The translations under genes were made by a program, and so were the position numbers. The notes under the pieces were generated by a model that was not told where the DNA came from, ran no database searches, and was given only the letters and a program-made list of their open reading frames with translations. Below, one piece after another: positions 9,691 through 23,322 of a stretch of 64,000 nucleotides of DNA. Within the stretch, counting starts at the first letter, position 1; each line of letters starts with the position of its first letter. The DNA is from Camelus ferus (Eukaryota). Where the stretch lies: NCBI RefSeq assembly GCF_009834535.1, contig NC_045696.1, positions 36,334,001-36,398,000 of the forward strand, in the 5' to 3' direction.

Positions 9691-10562
9691 CTCATATCTG
9701 GAATGTAATTAGGCATAAATGGATGATTTTTAAAAAAACAGATTTCAAGAGATATATTGTCTTCAGATTTTATAGTAATCTGGCTATTCATACCCTAATG
9801 TAATGAGTTACTTTTCTATTTAATGTGCTCAGACAGTTATAAATTATCATTTGACCCTAACCAAAATGAGCAGTGAACCTCAAATCCATTTGATTAGCTG
9901 TGCCTTCTGCTTCATCTGCCTTTTTGTTGGGTTTTCATGGTAGTTTAAGTTTTGCATAAACATGTGCTAAATTTGCCATAGGCAAAATAAAGGCTTTCTC
10001 AGCTTAGAAAGTACTCTGTGCATGCAGGAAGGCATGGGGAAATGAAAACAAATATTTTTGGCTTTTAATCATTTATTTGAAAGACATAGTACTGTGTTTG
10101 CAGAGCTATGTACTTCCAGAGAAAGGAGAGTGCATTACTTAGAAAGTAATTTACTCAATAGTCCTGTAATAGTAGGGACAATTTAGTATTTATTTTAATT
10201 TTATTTTGTAAAAACCCTCCTCGCCATTGCCCTCTGAGCAGCCCTTTGGAGTTGGGGTTTACCTTGGTTCCGTTTTTGCCCTACTTGTCCTCATGTTCTC
10301 TTTCAGGTGAGCCCATTCTTGGCATGGCTGTAAACTTCCCTCAGTATGCTGTTGTCTCAGGTGGTGGGGTCCTTCCCAAACTTCAGCCCCACGCTTCTAA
10401 GTGTTTCACTTCACTTAGTTCCACAGCAGGAAAACTCAAAAGCATATTCTGATTTTTCCTTTCCAAGCTTATGTTGCCATTTGCTACTTGCGTATTCTAT
10501 CTCAGTGGAAGGTATCATTATCAGTCTCATTTCCTCTTTCCTCCTCCACGCTTCACTACCTT

Positions 10563-11120
10563 TGTCATAAAGAATGAACCTTATTCAAAAACAGGTCTGA
10601 CATTTGCCCTCAGCTCCTTGGAGGTGATCTGTAAGCCCTTGGAGTGTCCTGCTCAAGAGTGTCTTTGTTTACCTGGGGGCTTGGGCAACATGAGAAAGTC
10701 TAGCAATGTGATTTATGGTGGGGGTTCTGGGCCACTGTGTTAGCTAGGCCTCCCACCTCCTACCTCCCGAGGGACTCTAGCCTAAAAAGATCAGTGAGTG
10801 GGCAGTCACTCATGCTTGTGTGACTGAGCCCAGTGAAATCTAGACACCAGGACTCCCTGGTTGGCAGTGCTCCTATGCGTATTGTCACACATTGCAGGGA
10901 AAAGTTACCCTTGTCCATGATTCCACCGGAGGACAAGTGGAAGCTTTATGCTTTGAACGCTTGTGCCTCTGCGTCACACATCTCTTACCTTGACAGATTT
11001 TAACCTGTATCTTTTCTCCATAATAAACCTCAACCATAAGCATGGGTCTAACGGTGAGTTCTGTGTGTCCTTCTATTTAATAATCAAGCCCAAGAGTGGT
11101 CTTGGGGACCCCGAACTGTG
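10563..11120 (+). mobile_element. ERVL LTR, MER21/MER77-like solo LTR
   Basis: TG start; aagcccttggagtgtcctgc...gagtgtctttgtttacctggggg; AATAAA near 11022; end gtggtcttggggaccccgaac. Confidence 0.7.
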
Positions 11121-11359
11121 TGCTGCCACCACACACCACTGCCCTGCCCCCATCAAAATCTAAATGCCCGCCAAATGCTTTTGCTTTTATATGAGAAGTT
11201 TCTTACTTTGGATCTCCTGCTTATCCTCACTGTTCCTGTTTAGCTGGGCCTTCGTCATTTCTTACCTGGCATATTGCAGCAGCACTTTTCATAGTCGCCC
11301 ACCTTTAGTGTTTACTTATTTGAGCAACCACTTTTTTGGCACAATATGGCAGGCAATGT

Positions 11360-11500
11360 TCTTATCACTTTACAAATAATGACATAATCTTCTGTATAAC
11401 CCTTGAAGATGGCTGTTATTATCTTCATTTTACAGGTAGGAAAGCTGAGGCATATAGAGGTTAAGTAATTTGCCCAGTGATACACAGCGCACATTTGGAA
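11360..11500 (-). mobile_element. MIR fragment
   Basis: cattttacaggtaggaaagctgaggcatatagaggttaagtaatttgccca. Confidence 0.75.
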
Positions 11501-11710
11501 AAGCCCTGGGAATTTGTCTTACCCACTTTTGTTGTGCTGCTTCTCAGTGCTGCCGTATTCCATTGTGTCCCTCCTGGAGTACGAGCCTCCTTTGTTCCCC
11601 CACTGTCTGCAGTGTTACATTTGGACTAAACATCTTATCGTGACTAGACAGACTTTTGGGACTTAATATGTTGCTCCCTCTGCCAGGAATGACCATCTCC
11701 TTTCTTTCTG

Positions 11711-11930
11711 TACAGTGGTTAAAGTGTAGGTTCAAATCCCACCCTTGCATCTTGTAACGTGACTCAGGAAAGTTATTTTAACATCTCTGTGTCTCCTACC
11801 CTTGTGTATAAAAAGGGAAAAATTCTGTGTTTCATATAATTATTTGGAAAGATAAAATAAATTTACATATATACAAAGTATTTAGAATATTGACATATAG
11901 TAAGCCCTTGATACATGTTAGAATTATTTT
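11711..11930 (+). mobile_element. MIR SINE
   Basis: cagtggttaaag...ggttcaaatccc...aagttatttaacatctctgtgtctc...catatagtaagccctt. Confidence 0.7.
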
Positions 11931-13599
11931 TATTACTATTACTATTACTAACTAATTCTTCATCAATCTGCCCCATATACACTTGGCAAAATTAGTTCTG
12001 CCCTTTGTGTTTCCATTGAATTTTGTTGATACAGCTGTTGTAATTCTTTCAAGACTGTTATTGTCATAATTTAATAACTTGCTTGTCTCTTTGGCAAAGG
12101 AGGGTCAGGAAGAACCAATTCCTAAGACTCATGTGCAAGCCATCTACTTAATCACAATTTAGGCCTTATTTATATGCCAGACGTTGTGCTGAGCACAATG
12201 GATTATATATATTCTGCCTTCAAATATATATGAGGGGAAGATTAATTGGAAATGTTTACAAACTTTGGAAATTTTGTGTGCACTTTGTGGAAAGCAAGGA
12301 AAAAAAAAAAAGGGTTGGGGGAAACATGGTTAATTCTGGCCTGTCTGTAAATTTTTTTTTTTACCTTCTCCTTATTAATCCAGAGTTCACATAGTTCACA
12401 TATAGAGGAAGACATAAATAACCAGATTGCATTACCAGAATCTGTGAAGAGGGGTGTAGTGGGCTGGTTGGGGAAAACAAATGAACTAGTACCTCAATTT
12501 CTATTTTGTCCCTTATGTTGACTTTGCACACATGTTCAATCTTAATTTGTGAAACTACCCTGTGAGTAGTAACTTTTAGACCCCTTTAAAGTGAGAGGTT
12601 AGAAAAATTGCCAGGTGTCTCAGTTTATGGCCAGTCCAAGCTTGTGACTTGAAAGCCTGTGCCTTTTCCTCTACCAAGCATGCTTCTGTGAAGGGTTTGG
12701 AGTCCCAGCCTTGTGTATGCACACATCTCCTGATGTAAGGGACATAAGGACTTCTTGTGTGCAGTATTTTCAGCCTTTTTTTGTCTCCACCAGAAACACA
12801 AACCTTCCCTCAACGCTTCCTGAGATACTGTGGCTAGAAATAGGGACATAGATTGTCCTTCTATGAGAGACAAGGAGGAAACAACACCAAGAAAGAATAG
12901 GAGGCAATCAATTCATCATTAGAATCTCTGAATAATAAAAATAAAATAATTGGAAAACATAATTTTGATATACTTCCATGAATTGGTTTATTCTGATTTC
13001 TAAACCAGGCTTAAAATGATTGAATGAGTGCCCTCTAGTGGATAATGATAGTAATAAAACAAAAGGGATTTCTATTTTTTAAACACGAACATTTAGTTGA
13101 TTTTGTAATCTGCAGTTATACCAATTGTGCTTAACATTGTCTAGACAAAATGATTCTTTATCCTCATCATTACATAGGAAGGTAGAGAATAGAATAGTAA
13201 GGTAAAGTAATAAAAATCACAGAAAAGTTGAAAATCATTTTATCATATATCAGACATTGTCCAAATAATATATTATGCAATTTTCAAGGGATATGTGAGC
13301 ACAGGCAAGTTAGAGCCATCGACTTCCAGATTCTCAGCTTTCACATGTGCTCTTCCAGATGACTCTGCTTCTCTGTTGCCTGAGGGGGACTTACTCTCCT
13401 TTCCCAACCTGCCCGTCTGCGGTTGTCTTTGTCCCACTTTACAGAAGGGGGTGCACTTTCATCATCCTGTCTCTTCCTCACTGCATTCCTCTGGGCTGTC
13501 AGGAACTCCCCCTGCCAGAGACTATTGGACTATCACTGTAAGGGTTTAGAAAGTAAATGACTAACGACTAGCAAACTCTTTCCTGACACGTCAGACAGT

Positions 13600-14474
13600 T
13601 TCCAAGTTTTGCTTTCAACAAAAATAAAGGACTTCCAATTGAGTTGTCAGCTAATAGATCATTTAAAATATTTTTGAAGATATGTCATTTAGTGATTTGA
13701 GATTATAGCTCAAAAAGAAGTTTAACAAAAAGGAGACATTGCTTTAACAAAATGTATTTAATTCTTACCTACTTATTTAAGTGAAGGTTTCTCTCAGCCC
13801 TTCTACAAATACAAAATAGGAATAAAATTGATGTTGAACCCTGATCATTAGAGCACTGACAATATTCATTCTTGGATATATGGGGGGGGAAGCTCATTTC
13901 ATTAAGAGATACATTGCTTATGAATTTTTCCTTTTTATGTTTAAATAATTATCAAATCTGTAAGTTATTTTGATCAATTGTGTACAAACAATTTTATTGA
14001 TAACTGAATCCAGAAGTTACTATTTTAACACTTAGACCTTTAAGGCTACAGTGAAAACAAATTTAGTATATACATGTGTGTATGTGTGTGGGAGAGAAAA
14101 AGAGAAATATAATAGGGTAATAAGGATGAAAAGCACAAAAATATATTAGGATAAAGTTATATGAGGAAATATAATGTAAATAAAAGGAAAAGGAACAGAG
14201 TAAAATTTCCACCTGTTCAAGAAGACTCAGTCCATGAATTTTTAAATGGACAGTGATGGGTTTCAGAATTAGTCTGGTATTTAGGTTCCACTGGATACAT
14301 TTTAAAAAGCAGTGTAATTTATATCTTAAAATGTCAATCTTTACAGTATGCTGGAAATTACATCCTTAAACATATGAGGAAGATTTTGATTTCAGCTTAA
14401 AATGTTCCAGAGGGTATATAGTTTTTTCGAAATGGTATCAGTGGATATACTAGCAAAACCTTTGCAGGTCACTG
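13600..14474 (+). mobile_element. hAT-Charlie DNA transposon 3' part (Charlie7-like)
   Basis: Transposase dimerisation-domain remnant ACT TAT TTA AGT GAA GGT TTC TCT = TYLSEGFS (13771-13794; family motif STYLCExGFS); right TIR ...agcaaaacctttgcaggtcactg. Confidence 0.65.
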
Positions 14475-14743
14475 ACCTTGGAGGTCCCAGTTCTGCTGTC
14501 TGCTGGTGTACTTGAACTTCTGGCCTTGGAGTCCAGTAAGGGGAGCATTTCAGGCTCCTCCTCGTGAATCTTGGGAGGAGATACGGAATGTGGTGCCTGG
14601 CCAGTGTCTCCCTGAGCCTTTTCATGTGTACTCCCTCCACTGTCTGCTGGGCTACTGGCCCATCCGTCAGAGCTTTTGAAGTGAGTAGCCACTAGACCAC
14701 CAGCACCAGGACATCATCCTACCAGTGTAATCACTGGGGGGTC

Positions 14744-14766
14744 TGTGTGTGTGTGTGTGTGTGTGT
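14744..14766 (+). repeat. (TG)n microsatellite
   Basis: About 11 TG units seen directly. Confidence 0.9.
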
Positions 14767-15059
14767 TTGGGGGGAGAGGAGGCTGCTGGCAGGTGGATGC
14801 AGGGGGAGCTGAGATCCACATTAATACACAGCTTTGCTTTCTCAGGGCTGGGAAGCACCAACCTGGGCAGCCTTAGCAGTCACTTCTTTGAGTTGGTCCT
14901 GCTGCAGCTGGTCCTCAAGGGCTGAGTTTGTCAAGCTGTTCCCACTGTTAGAGGCAATAGACCACTTCAGGGAGACTGGGGCCACTGGCAGTAGGTGAGG
15001 GTCAGAGTAGAAATTCTCTTCCCCTTCCTGTTGTATACTACTTGTGCTACTGTACCAGG

Positions 15060-15270
15060 GCCTCACGCTCCTTTTAGGCTCTAAAGCCAGCGGATTTTGA
15101 ATCAGGGACTTCTGCTTAAGCAGTAAGTTGCCAAGTCTGAAAGCTTCAGTTAACCTGACCTCTAAAATGGACATAATAGCCACCCCTCATGGTTGTTGTG
15201 ATGGTAAAATGAGGCAAGCATGCAAAAAGCATATTGTAAGCTTCTGATCAGTAATTTTTGTTAATATTAT
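15060..15270 (+). mobile_element. MIR SINE
   Basis: ggctctaaagccag...agcttcagtt...ctaaaatggacataatag...ggttgttgtgatggtaaaatgag. Confidence 0.65.
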
Positions 15271-15929
15271 CAGGGTGAGGTGGGGTGGGGAGAGTGGGTG
15301 GTAGATAGAAAGGCTTTCCTGGGGGGATAAAGCCTAAACTGCCCCCTGAGCAGCAAGTAGGAGAGCTAGCCAGGCTGCAAGAGGGTGAGAGAGGAAAGGT
15401 CATTCTAGGCAGAAAGAGCAATTGATGCTGAGGCTGTTAAAGGCTAAAGAAAACTTGTTTCAGGAAATTTAGGTGGTTCAGTAGTCAGTTATGGGGGATC
15501 AGAAAATGTATTTGTTCTGAGCAAGGCCTTCTTTTATCTAGTTGTTAAAAAATGAGCTAGAATAATTCCTGAAGACTCCTGCCTTACTGTGCCATTGGTA
15601 CATGTTTTTAAATCTCATGAGGCTCTTCCCGTTAGAATCTTTCCATGACTTCTTATTAATAAGAATTTACAATTTATAAGATAAAATTTTGAAACTTTAT
15701 CCTATGCTGAACCCATATCATCTTCTGTCACACTAGACTACTTTTAGTTCTGCAAGTGCACTGTCCATCATACCTCTGGGCCTGCACAAGTGCTGTAGCC
15801 TTGACCCTGGAACTTCCCTTCTCATTTCGTCATATGGCTAATTTCTCCTCATCCTTCAAGATTTAATATTAGATAATGTATAAGACTCAGTAGTGTTCCT
15901 AAACTAACCGTCCTTTTATACAGTAAGGC

Positions 15930-16240
15930 TAAATGAAATATGCAAGATTAATAACCTTTCACTAAGGGACCTGAAAGAAAATGTGAATAAAGGGAGAAAC
16001 ATATTGTGAAGGTTGGAAAGAGTAAATACAATAAAGATGTTAATTCTCCCCAAATTTAGTGCATTTACTTTAACCCTAGTCAAATTTATAATCTGTCTAT
16101 ATAAATATTTTATGAAATATTTAACTGACCAGCTGTTTCTCATGTTCATCTGAAAGAATAAACATTCTAAAATAGCTTTGGAAATTCTGTAGGAAAAAAA
16201 AAATGGAGATTTGCCTTGTCAGATATTAACCAATTGAAAG
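15930..16240 (+). mobile_element. Old L1 ORF2 fragment
   Basis: aaagatgttaattctccccaaattt...ttcatctgaaagaataaa...ttgccttgtcagatatt resembles the L1 ORF2 RT region. Confidence 0.6.
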
Positions 16241-16482
16241 TATCCAAAGTGTGTTGAAAGTGTTCAACCCTTTGTTAGCTGAGGGATGGACACACGATGT
16301 AAGCCAAGCCACTTCAGTCTGTATTAATTAAATTATGTTTTCTGAACATTATTTCCCTTTTGCTACATGACTCAAAATTCTGGACAGATTTTCATCCAGT
16401 TTGGAGGGTAAGATTGGGATGGACTGATGTCAGATTCACAACAGTGGCATTCATAGATTTCCCTTTTGGGTCCATTTTAGTG

Positions 16483-16647
16483 CAGTGGTTCCCAAAGTGT
16501 GGTCCTGGGGCTCAGCAGCATCAATATCACCTCAGAGAACTTGCTAGAAATGCAGATTCTCAGGCTCCGCCCCAGACCTCCTGAAACCCCCAGGTCGGGC
16601 CCAGCAGTCTTACAGATACTTGATGCATGTTAAAATTTTTGAAGCAC
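16483..16647. mobile_element. MER5A (hAT-Charlie MITE)
   Basis: cagtggttcccaaagtgtggtcct...agcagcatc...gaacttgctagaaatgcagattctcaggctccgccccagacct. Confidence 0.8.
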
Positions 16648-17365
16648 ATTCTTAAAAAGATTGCCATCTTCCAGTATAGCTGAAACACAAGGCTCCTATG
16701 ATGCACCACCACGGTGAGAGGCAGCGAAAGGAGAAAGCAATTTCATGTATTAGCCTCAATTGAAATTCACACGGCACACTTTGAGTCACAGGTGTTACAT
16801 TTCAATCCAGCCATTCCTCACACAGGCAACACCAGAGTGAGTAGCAGCTGGAATTTATTTAATTGACCATGGTTAATGAGGCTCCCAAATAACTCAGCTA
16901 GAAAGGTCAGCTGGTAAATAAATTATTTCCTGATGTATCATTTGTCAATTGATGTGATATTGTGATCATCAAAAGATCTAACTGTTGGACCGAATAAAAA
17001 GTTAGGAAGTTAGATCTGCTGGGGGATGGGGCGTGGAGAGCCTGCACCATCCATCCATAAGTGATTTTTAAACCATCCTTGGTTTCGTATCATCTGAGCC
17101 ACTGATTGCCTCATTAACTCTGTTACTGTAGGGTTCAGTGTAGTTAGCTTTCCATACTTTTATCTTCGTCAGAAGAAAAATTTAACCCTTACTCCTTTAA
17201 ACACCATTTAATGATGGTACTTTTCCCTTCAATATTAATAGATTCAAGTTTCAAATTTTGTCTCTAAGAAACTCTTTCTTGTGCAAAAAGTGGTAGACTA
17301 AGATCAATTTTGATGGATTTAGAAGTATGCAAAGACAGGCCATGTTTTTTTGGCAAGATAATCTG

Positions 17366-17605
17366 CAGGGAGGGACTAGACTGGGGCAAGTGAGGCATTC
17401 CTATCTGGTGCAGAATTTAAGGTGCTCCTAAAACTCGATTACCAAGATAAATACTATTTTAGTGACCAAAATTGATACAAAAGAGAAAACACACAATGGA
17501 CACAATATCAATGTTTTAAATATAGACAGAACCATAACAGTGTTGGGTTGAGCCATATGGGAGCCTGAGGCAAAAGGAAAAGTCAGTAATACTGATATGG
17601 CTCTC
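17366..17605. mobile_element. MER96B-like hAT element
   Basis: caggg...ggggcaagtgaggc...gaatttaagg...gagccatatgggagcctgaggcaaaaggaaaagtcagtaatactgat. Confidence 0.6.
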
Positions 17606-17687
17606 AAAATCCCAGGTAAGGAAGGTATAAAACTGGGACCACATTCCCTCGCTTAGTAATGTAAAGTATTGCTTTGTACAATATTAA

Positions 17688-18080
<393 letters not shown>

Positions 18081-18468
18081 TAATCGACAGCTTTTGTTAC
18101 AACTATATGTTACAAAATACTTTTAAAGTGTTCAGAGAGAAGTGTAAAATTGACTTTGCAAACTTTAAAAGCCTGAAAACTAGGCCAGTGTGGAATGAAA
18201 ATTTTAGCTAAGGAAATAGTGTAAAAAACTTTTTTTTTTTTCCCCAGCTACTTAATCCTAGCAGGAAATTTGTAACAAAAATACGTTTTGTGACCACAGA
18301 TCTATCAAGATAATGTGAATCCTGATAAGCCAATGACAAAGATTTTTTTTTTATTTTGTTACTTTTACACTTGAGAGTCTTGTATTGATATCTTTGTCAT
18401 ACTTCTATGCAACAAAAACATAAACATTTAAAATCATTTTTTGTATCATTGGACCATTAAGTTCTAAG

Positions 18469-18778
18469 GCAGTTCTGTCCAACAGAAATGTAACATGAAG
18501 TACATATGAAATTTAAAATTTTTGTGCAGTCTCAGTAGCAATAGGAAGAAACAGGTGAAATTAATTTTAATTATACATGTAACCCAATAATCCAAAGTAT
18601 TATTTCAACATGTAATCAAAAGAAAAATTATTAATGAGATATTCTTCATTCTCATTTTCTTACAAAATCTTTGAAATTGGTGTGCATTCTGTACTTATAG
18701 CACATTTCAATTTGGACTAGCCATGTTTCAGGTGCTCATAGCCTCATGTGGCAAGTGGATATAGTACTGGACAGTGCA
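18469..18778. mobile_element. MER33 (hAT-Charlie)
   Basis: Terminal inverted repeats cagttctgtccaa...ctggacagtg; internal gcacatttcaatttggactagccatgtttcaggtgctc. Confidence 0.8.
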
Positions 18779-21544
18779 ATTCTTAACATTTTAAAAGTTC
18801 TTTTGAAATGACTTATCATTACTATTAGTAGTAGTATAAAAATGATGAAATATATATAATATACATTTTTATAAATACTTGTTAAAAGTAATGCATTCAT
18901 TGTAAATTATTTTCTTTAATGAGACAATGGGACTTTTAAAACATCATTTCTGGTTTCCCTGGATGAAAATTACTCATGGCTAGATGAGACAGGGTTCAGC
19001 GTCAATTCCGTCCGGTTGGTGTTTGATGGTTTTGTTTTTGTAAGTGCAAATGCTGTTCACCTAGATAAAAAGATGGAAATGGTGGGGCTTGTATTAGTCT
19101 CACTAGTTCTTTAAACTCCTCAGTTATAACCCTGAATCATGTAGATCTCTTTCACTGAGGGGTATTTTAATCATCTACTAGGTGAGCACTCTTTAGGTCT
19201 GGTTTTGATTTTGATAAAGGCGAAGGATTGGAAACCATCTCAGTTACAAAAGGCTGTGTCATCTAGTTAGGAGACTCATGCACTTTCTCAGCCCAGGCAC
19301 CACTGTGTTGTATGCCTCTGTTTGGGCTTTGGAGGTTTCTGTGCCCTGGCACAACTTGTTGTAATAAGATTCCAGATGGTGGAAAGCTTGCTCCTCATTT
19401 GTAAAGTTGATGAAGGGCCAGCCACTGTGGAAGGAGAAGCCCTGACCGAGATGTTCTCCTCCTTGAGGAAGTCAGTGATCTGAAAATTCTTTTACAGTTA
19501 TCCAAGTCATCCCTTAGGAAGTTGTTATGTATCCCCAGGGCATGCATGTTCCAGTTTGAAGACTGCTAATTTATATCTTCCTTTGAGAGCATTCCTGTTG
19601 AAATAGATTACAAAATTTTTTATGAGAACTGTGAATCCAGTGTACTAGGCATTGGCACACACATATCAGTTAACTGTATATTTAGGTGAAAACATACTGT
19701 GCATTTTCAAATTGCAGTTTAAATTCTGTTACTGAATCTTGCTATACTTTTTATGTGAAAAATCAGAACAAAAGAGATTATTTTGTAACATTTTACTGTT
19801 TTTATAATTGGAGCTGAAAATGAAATTTTATGGACTCGGGTTATAGGGAATATTTGCTTTTACCTTCACTCTGTGTTTATTGACAGTACTCTTATTTTGT
19901 TTGTTACATCAATTTTGAATGTAAAATTTTTAGTATTGTGAAAGGTGGAAGAGAAATGCCAAATTTGGATACCATTTTGAGGAGAGGGCATTTTAATCCT
20001 AGATTATCCTCATTAGTAGGCTATGAATATTTTACGTGCTTATGGTAAGGAAATTCCAGATTAGGAATCCAGAGGCAAATGGGATATATTCTAGGAGTCT
20101 GAAGTGGAAAAGAATCTTTCTGTTCTTACATCAAGGGCAATGAACCACAGGCAGTGTTCCAAGTAAAGCAGCCTTTCATCTAAGGAGGGCTAATGATAAT
20201 GGCTTACTAAGAAGTACAGATGTCTTCATGCTGATGCTCAGAGCCCAAATTAGGTTAGCTACAGTGCTTGAATTTGGAATGCAGAAGCCATGCAAAAAAA
20301 AAAAAAAAAAAAAAAAAAAGCTTTTATAAGCAAAACTTAAAATGATGGACTCCACTAAACATGCATTTATCCACCAAATTTCTTTAGATCAGTATTGGCC
20401 TTTATTCTGGGCCAAGAGGCTCACAGCTTTGAATGATTGAAAAGCTTATATTTTCAGATGATTAAAATTAGTCTACTTCTCTTCTGGTCCAGCTGCTCCC
20501 ACCTGTTGGCACAGTGAGGGATTGTCCATTTGTTGTTGTTATCCTTGTTCTGTTTTTGTCAGCATAGCATTTGTAATGTCTTGGTGTTGATAGAAAAAAG
20601 ATCAAACAATTCTGATTCTAAATAGAAAAGCATTAACTTTCATATAAATAAATTAATTTATTAAGAATGACCCAACTTAATGGAGTGGCTTGATCAACTT
20701 TCTTGCTGAGGGCTACATCTATCCAGGCATGAAATTCTCTTTGCTGTCATTGATACCCTTTTCACATCTCCTTAGCCTTTGGTGGTGGAAGATTAGAAGG
20801 ACTCCTTTCTTTACTGACTTGATTTTGCCCTCCTGCCTGCTCCCTCAAATCTCAAGTTTTTTGCACACCCTACGGGTACCACTTTCGTCTTCCACTTCCT
20901 CTGCTAATTCCTTTCTGTTCTTCAGATTTTCACTCAGAAATCAGCTTTCACCAAAAGCCTTCCTAGAACTCCCTGCATTAGGTGCACCTTCTTTTTGGTA
21001 ATAATAAAAGCCATGACCATTTTGGAACAGGTAGTAAAAAAATAAAACATAAAGCTGAGACTCCAAAATACTATTCCTGAAAAGCAGCAGTGACTTTTTC
21101 AGGAATTTGTTAAATTCACCCCCTTTCCTACTTAGATTAAAAAAAAATTGATTTATTTTGGACAATTTAAGCATAAAATTAATTCTGCCTCAATGTAGTA
21201 AGTCTTAGTATATGTATGAAACTTGGATTGTGATGCCTTATATTGCACATTTTTAAAAGTTTAACCAATCTAAGACTTTTTCAAATAAAATCTACATCTA
21301 GACCAAACAACAGTATAGCATAAAGCTGTATTTCAACTGAGAGTTATTTTAAAATGCTGAATTGAGAATCTTGACTAAAGCTACAATTTAATGAAAAGCT
21401 GTCCTGATTTTCAGTTTTAGCAATTTAAATATTCTTTATTATAATGCCGTGTTTCCTGTCAGGTCAGCCACATTTAGTGAGTGCATATTCTGTGCAAGGC
21501 ATTGGATGGCGAGTCTAGAGCTGTGAAGGATGTAGAAATAACTA

Positions 21545-22640
21545 AGACTTCTGTTTCCTGTGCTGTGACAAAGTAGGTATTTTAACCAGCCATCCTGCTG
21601 AAATTAACAAAAAAAAGTAGGATATAATATTAAAGGAAAACAAAATCTTTTTAAATGCATCAATGATCTCCAAATACTCAGTGGCCAAAATCTAAGAGTT
21701 TGGTAACCTTGAATGTAGATTGAGCACTGAAGCAGGCTTTTCACTTGAGAGCATCCACTTCACCTGAAAAATTTGCACGTTGATTTTCATAGCTTCTTGA
21801 AAATGTGGGAATAAAAGGCGAAGCCAGAGCCTGCCCTAGTAAAGTATCCGCTAGGAGACTAAGTTACGTAAAGCTGAGACTCCAGAATTCTATTTTTACC
21901 ATGTTAGGCAAACTAGGAAGAAATTGTCCTCTCTGAGGGACTGAAAGGAATACTGTCTGTCCTCAACTTTGGTGGTGGGGGAGGAGTGGATGTACCCTCT
22001 GAAATTTTGTAATCACAAATACACCAACATAGACCATTGTAGTGAAGTTTGCTGAACACTGAATTTAAAGAAACCATCTAGTTGCTGTCAGAGAGGACTA
22101 AGAGACTGAGGACTGACCTTTGAGAGTAACAGTGGGAACTAGCATTTAGAGGAATGATGTTTTCCTTGTGCTAAGAAAAGATGACTATCATCCAGAAATA
22201 TATTCACCAAAATACCCCTGAGCAGTGAAAGTGAAAGGGGCATTTTTTTAGACAAAGAGAGAGCAAGAGCATAAATTTGTCACCAACAATTTTAAAGGAG
22301 AAAGGAGAGCCATCCTAGATGGAAAATAGAAGCTACAAAAAGAAATGAAGAGCAAAGAAGGTGGAACTATATGGGGGAAAATCTAACAGTTATTGACTAC
22401 AGAAGACAAAGATAATATTTTATGCAGTTAAAAAATGTAAGCCCCTATAAATCCTAAATACCATCTAATTTGGGAGGGAGTGTTATAAAAGTCTTACATC
22501 TTTTAGGAAAAATGGTGAAGATTGACTTAATTTAGATTTTTCTTTTACATATGCATGTTAAAATCTCTAGGGTTACCACCAAAAGAAACAGAATGTAAAA
22601 TATTTAAACCAGAAAAAGAGAGAAGTGGAATATAAGATAA
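21545..22640 (+). mobile_element. Degenerate L1 5'/ORF1-region fragments (L1ME-like)
   Basis: gacttctgtttcc start and A-rich ORF1-like tracts; ttaaaatctctagggttaccaccaaaagaa. Confidence 0.5.
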
Positions 22641-22679
22641 TTAAGACACAGTTCTTTCCTTTGAGGCTCTTAGTGTCTG

Positions 22680-23322
22680 TTAGGTAAGGTGGTAACAAGG
22701 TGTGCCTTCGGAGGCTGCCTTGCCCCTGGTGTACACACCTCACAGATGTGTTTGACTTAACTTTTCCTACCACCTTTCACCTTAACGCTTGAGCCACTTG
22801 AGTTATTAACAGGCTGGGGAAACCCTAGCAAAGGCTCATGCCACCCTGCCGTCGTCTGCTGCTAATGCTGCTGTTGCCACAGACTGAGGAGCCTCCGGAT
22901 GGGTGCCAGCAGGGAGGCAGAGGTCCCACACCTGCAGTGTTTGCTGCATCAGGGCTAGGGACTCTGGCTTCCTTACTGCTTGCCCAGAGGGGCCAGATAA
23001 CACAAACCAGGGAGTCATCAACTCTTGGAATGGACTCTAACCACTGAGAGATGGGAGACAGGAAGAAGCTAGTAGATTGCTCTTCCTCCCTATTCCACGA
23101 AACCCCAGTTTCTTCCAAGGCTCAGTAATGTCAGACTTTGGGCATATCCTGAGAGACTGAGCAAAGCTGTAGCCAGCTTGATTATGAACCTTCTTATGTC
23201 TGTGCTCCCTCCTTGCATGATTTACTTCCTTTTTCTCTCACTCTTGCTTTCCTGGGATTTTACCACTTCCATGATGTAAGCTTTTGTTTTAGACTGTTTT
23301 CTAGTGATTTCAGGCTAAGACA
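22680..23322 (+). mobile_element. ERVL LTR remnant(s), LTR16-like
   Basis: GC-rich block with ccactgagagatgggagacaggaag and terminal ...caggctaagaca. Confidence 0.6.

Noticed and set aside
20294..20319. Isolated A26 run (and T22 at 29174-29195) as possible retrocopy tails
   Set aside because: No recognisable retroposed body or TSD beside either; most likely mononucleotide microsatellites. The A26 could cause oligo-dT internal-priming artefacts.
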